From Candidatus Poribacteria bacterium (GTDB lineage Bacteria > Poribacteria > WGA-4E > WGA-3G): DNA of 64,000 nucleotides. The notes beneath the pieces were generated by a model. It saw only the letters and a list, made by a program, of their open reading frames with translations, made no database searches and was not told where the DNA came from. This document shows positions 61,524 through 64,000 of the stretch, one piece after another; the stretch's first letter is position 1; every line of letters starts with the position of its first letter. The stretch is from assembly GCA_963663765.2 (NCBI GenBank), contig CAXXUA010000002.1, positions 128,001 through 192,000 on the forward strand, in the 5' to 3' direction. The position numbers and the translations under genes were made by a program.

Positions 61524-62945
61524 CTGACATACTCCCCAAGCTAAAGCATGGGGGTTCTTAGTTCTTATATTGGAAACGGTTTGAGTTTTTTCCAAACGAC
61601 TTTTCCTGCTTCCGTGTCTCGTGCCCTTTCCTGAACAGCGTTGGGTCTTATTTGCACTCCACAGGCGTGACTTTCGGTGTGTCCCACCGTAGTTGGTTTC
61701 AAGTTTATTGCAGCGTTGACATCTCTATCTATAGACATATCACATTGACTGCAGTGATACATTCTTTCTGAAAGTGTTAGGTCTTTCTTTTGGTGTCCAC
61801 AACCGGAACAGGTTTTACTACTTGCAAAGAACATATCTGCTTCTTTGACAGGTATACCGTGCACTTCTGCTTTTGTCTTGAGTTTTAGCAGGAAACCGCC
61901 TAATGCTGTATCTGACAATGCTTTTGCGAGGTTTCTGTTCTTCAGCATATTAGTAACCTTGAGTGTCTCAATACCGATCGCAGATGCAAGGTTGACAATC
62001 TCTGTAGTTGCTTTATGATGTGCATCGTTTCGGATACAAGCGATACGATAGTGGATACGTTCTAACTTGTGTTTTTGTTTGAACCAGTTGTTAGACTTGA
62101 AAACTTTTCTACTTAATCTACGTTGTTCTCTTGCTAACTTCTTTTCATATCGTTTCAGGGGTCTTGGATTATCATATTTCGTGCCATCACTCAATGTGGC
62201 AAGTGTGTTGATGCCTACATCTATACCAATCACAGGGTGCGTTGAGTTATCAACTGCTTCGGTGTCCTCTGTTTCTATGGTGATAGATACAAACCAACGA
62301 TGTGCTGTCCTTGAGATCGTCACTTTCATAATCTTACCCACAAAACGCAATGATTCAAACATGCTAATCCAACCAATCTTAGGAAGTTTGATACGCTTAC
62401 CTTCAACTTCTACAGATTGATTATTTGTGGTGAATGCGTCCTTTTTGCCACGCTTCTTGAACTTCGGAAATCTCGCACGCTTACCAACCCAATTCGCAAG
62501 CGCAGCAGACAAGTTACCAAATATGCTTTTATTGGCTACAACCTGATCCATATCTTTAGTCCAAGTATGTGCTTTCTTAGCAATATTAAATCGAGTGTTT
62601 AACTTCGCAGCGGATAAGAACTCATCATTTGCCAATGCAGACTTGAAATCTGCTAATGCATGATTATATGCAAATCTCGCATAGCCACACTGTTGTGCAA
62701 ACCATTTTCGTTGATTGTTATTTGGATTCAATGTAATCTTATGTGTTTTTAGCATGATGATATTCCAGTCCTATGAAGACGTCAGTTCCCTCTACTAAAG
62801 GTGTGTAGGTGTTAGTAGCACCTACACTGAACTGGTATAATGAGTATCTCATGTTTTAAACCAAAAATCAAGTTTTTTCTTGACACAAGCACTTAGCACG
62901 ACTACATCCCACTACCTAAAGGTAGGGGGTTTGTCGTGATTCTTG
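61524..62945 (-). mobile_element. Non-autonomous IS200/IS605 (IS1341-like) element
   Basis: Subterminal hairpins CCCCAAGCTAAAGCATGGGG (about 61534-61553) and CCCACTACCTAAAGGTAGGGGG (about 62908-62929); no tnpA. Exact ends inferred. Confidence 0.8.
61565..62755 (-). CDS. tnpB: Canonical TnpB RNA-guided nuclease
   Basis: GIDVG, GIETL, SSKTCSGCG..CSQC, DRDVNAAIN. Confidence 0.95.
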   Translation of the reverse strand: MLKTHKITLNPNNNQRKWFAQQCGYARFAYNHALADFKSALANDEFLSAAKLNTRFNIAKKAHTWTKDMDQVVANKSIFGNLSAALANWVGKRARFPKFKKRGKKDAFTTNNQSVEVEGKRIKLPKIGWISMFESLRFVGKIMKVTISRTAHRWFVSITIETEDTEAVDNSTHPVIGIDVGINTLATLSDGTKYDNPRPLKRYEKKLAREQRRLSRKVFKSNNWFKQKHKLERIHYRIACIRNDAHHKATTEIVNLASAIGIETLKVTNMLKNRNLAKALSDTALGGFLLKLKTKAEVHGIPVKEADMFFASSKTCSGCGHQKKDLTLSERMYHCSQCDMSIDRDVNAAINLKPTTVGHTESHACGVQIRPNAVQERARDTEAGKVVWKKLKPFPI

Positions 62946-62977
62946 ATAATTCGTGAAAAATATTTGACTAACCTTTT

Positions 62978-63979
62978 CTAATATCTTAGTGGTGTTGGTA
63001 AGTCGGGACCGAGTACTGGTTGTCCTGCTTTTCTATATCTATCAAGAAGATCACTGTTTACACCACTTATGGCTTTACCTCTCCATACAGAGATAGCTCT
63101 TGCTATGAAAAGATTTGAGGTATCAACCGCTGCCTTCTGTGAGCGTTTAAACGCTTCTAATGCTTTCTCGTAATCACCCATTTGGAAATAACACAAACCC
63201 TCAACACCGAATAGTAGATAACGTGGGTCTAATTCTTGTGCTTTTCGGGCATAAATGAGAGCTTCTTCGGGATTTGGTCCTAACAGACACTTTGCAAGCT
63301 TGTGCAACACCCATGGATGACTCGGGTTCATCTGGTATAAACGACGAGTTCCTTCTGTTTTTTCTATACCATAAGGATTTGCACTACTTCCGCCTGCATA
63401 TACCCAGGTGAGTAGTGTATCAAAATCATCAGGATCCTCAGCATACGCAAGGTTCACCAATCTTGAGACTGAGGAACCAACTGCACCACCGTCCATTTCA
63501 ATTATTTGCCGCATGGATGTTACAAGACCATTTTCACCATTATTCCGAAAAAATTGCATCATTTGTTCATTATATTCTTGATTAGTTATTTTATTTGTTC
63601 TTCGAGCTTCAACCAATTCCCTTGATCTTTTCGCTCGACTAATCCACACTTCTACAGAAACAGTGAGCGGATCCCACGGTAAAGGAACTCCGCCTTTATT
63701 TTCGCGTGCAAGCTCAATATATTCGACACCTTTCAGGGACGCAAGGTAATCCAAATCACGGAAGTACTTTGCAGATAACTTTGCTGTTTTTCCGCGTGGT
63801 TTGGGTTTTGTTCCATTTTGTTTTACGTCAGAGAATATAGGTGTATCATCTGAGGTTACTTGTTTTGAAGACTCAACAGGAATATCTGAATTTGTCTTCT
63901 GTCCATATCCTGAACACCCACCAAAAATAAGTATTGAAAACATCAGTAAAACTGTCGAGTTCTTTATGCAAAATTTCAC
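62978..63979 (-). CDS. TPR-containing lipoprotein
   Basis: Lipobox-like FGGC; GLCYFQMGDYEKALEAF. Confidence 0.65.
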   Translation of the reverse strand: MKFCIKNSTVLLMFSILIFGGCSGYGQKTNSDIPVESSKQVTSDDTPIFSDVKQNGTKPKPRGKTAKLSAKYFRDLDYLASLKGVEYIELARENKGGVPLPWDPLTVSVEVWISRAKRSRELVEARRTNKITNQEYNEQMMQFFRNNGENGLVTSMRQIIEMDGGAVGSSVSRLVNLAYAEDPDDFDTLLTWVYAGGSSANPYGIEKTEGTRRLYQMNPSHPWVLHKLAKCLLGPNPEEALIYARKAQELDPRYLLFGVEGLCYFQMGDYEKALEAFKRSQKAAVDTSNLFIARAISVWRGKAISGVNSDLLDRYRKAGQPVLGPDLPTPLRY

Positions 63980-64000
63980 TGTTTTCTTCCTATTGTTGGT

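Noticed and set aside
1-64000. tRNA or rRNA genes; antisense ORFs within long CDSs
   Set aside because: No tRNA or rRNA signatures were recognised by eye; antisense ORFs lack motifs and shadow real genes.

Overview
AT-rich bacterial chromosome segment. The gene content (many Gfo/Idh/MocA oxidoreductases, enolase-superfamily dehydratases, a PhyH dioxygenase, lineage-specific TPR and secreted paralog arrays) suggests Candidatus Poribacteria, but that is inference only. Housekeeping content: a tetrapyrrole cluster (hemB, hemL, polyprenyl synthase, precorrin-2 dehydrogenase, ccsA-like, hemA, hemC, cobA-hemD), sbcDC, murB, iscU-like/iscA, a SLC12-like transporter with MscS, and a partial pst/phoU operon. 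Mobile content: (1) an IS607 element whose TnpB has the rearranged Fanzor-type RuvC site and appears to be inserted in the Shine-Dalgarno of the next gene; (2) an ISKra4 element nested in an IS1595 element, both with TIRs and 8-bp TSDs; (3) a TnpB-only IS200/IS605 derivative; (4) about ten copies or fragments of a CAGGACTTACGCA-ended MITE. The most unusual signal is a ~35-bp hairpin module that sits precisely at GCG^YGC sites without target duplication; empty, singly filled and doubly filled alleles are all visible, along with further nested hairpins. Also notable: a 7-domain mosaic array of secreted proteins coupled to hemB, two PstB paralogs with complementary degenerate motifs, and an IscU homolog with one cysteine. 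All family calls come from motif recognition by eye; no searches were run.
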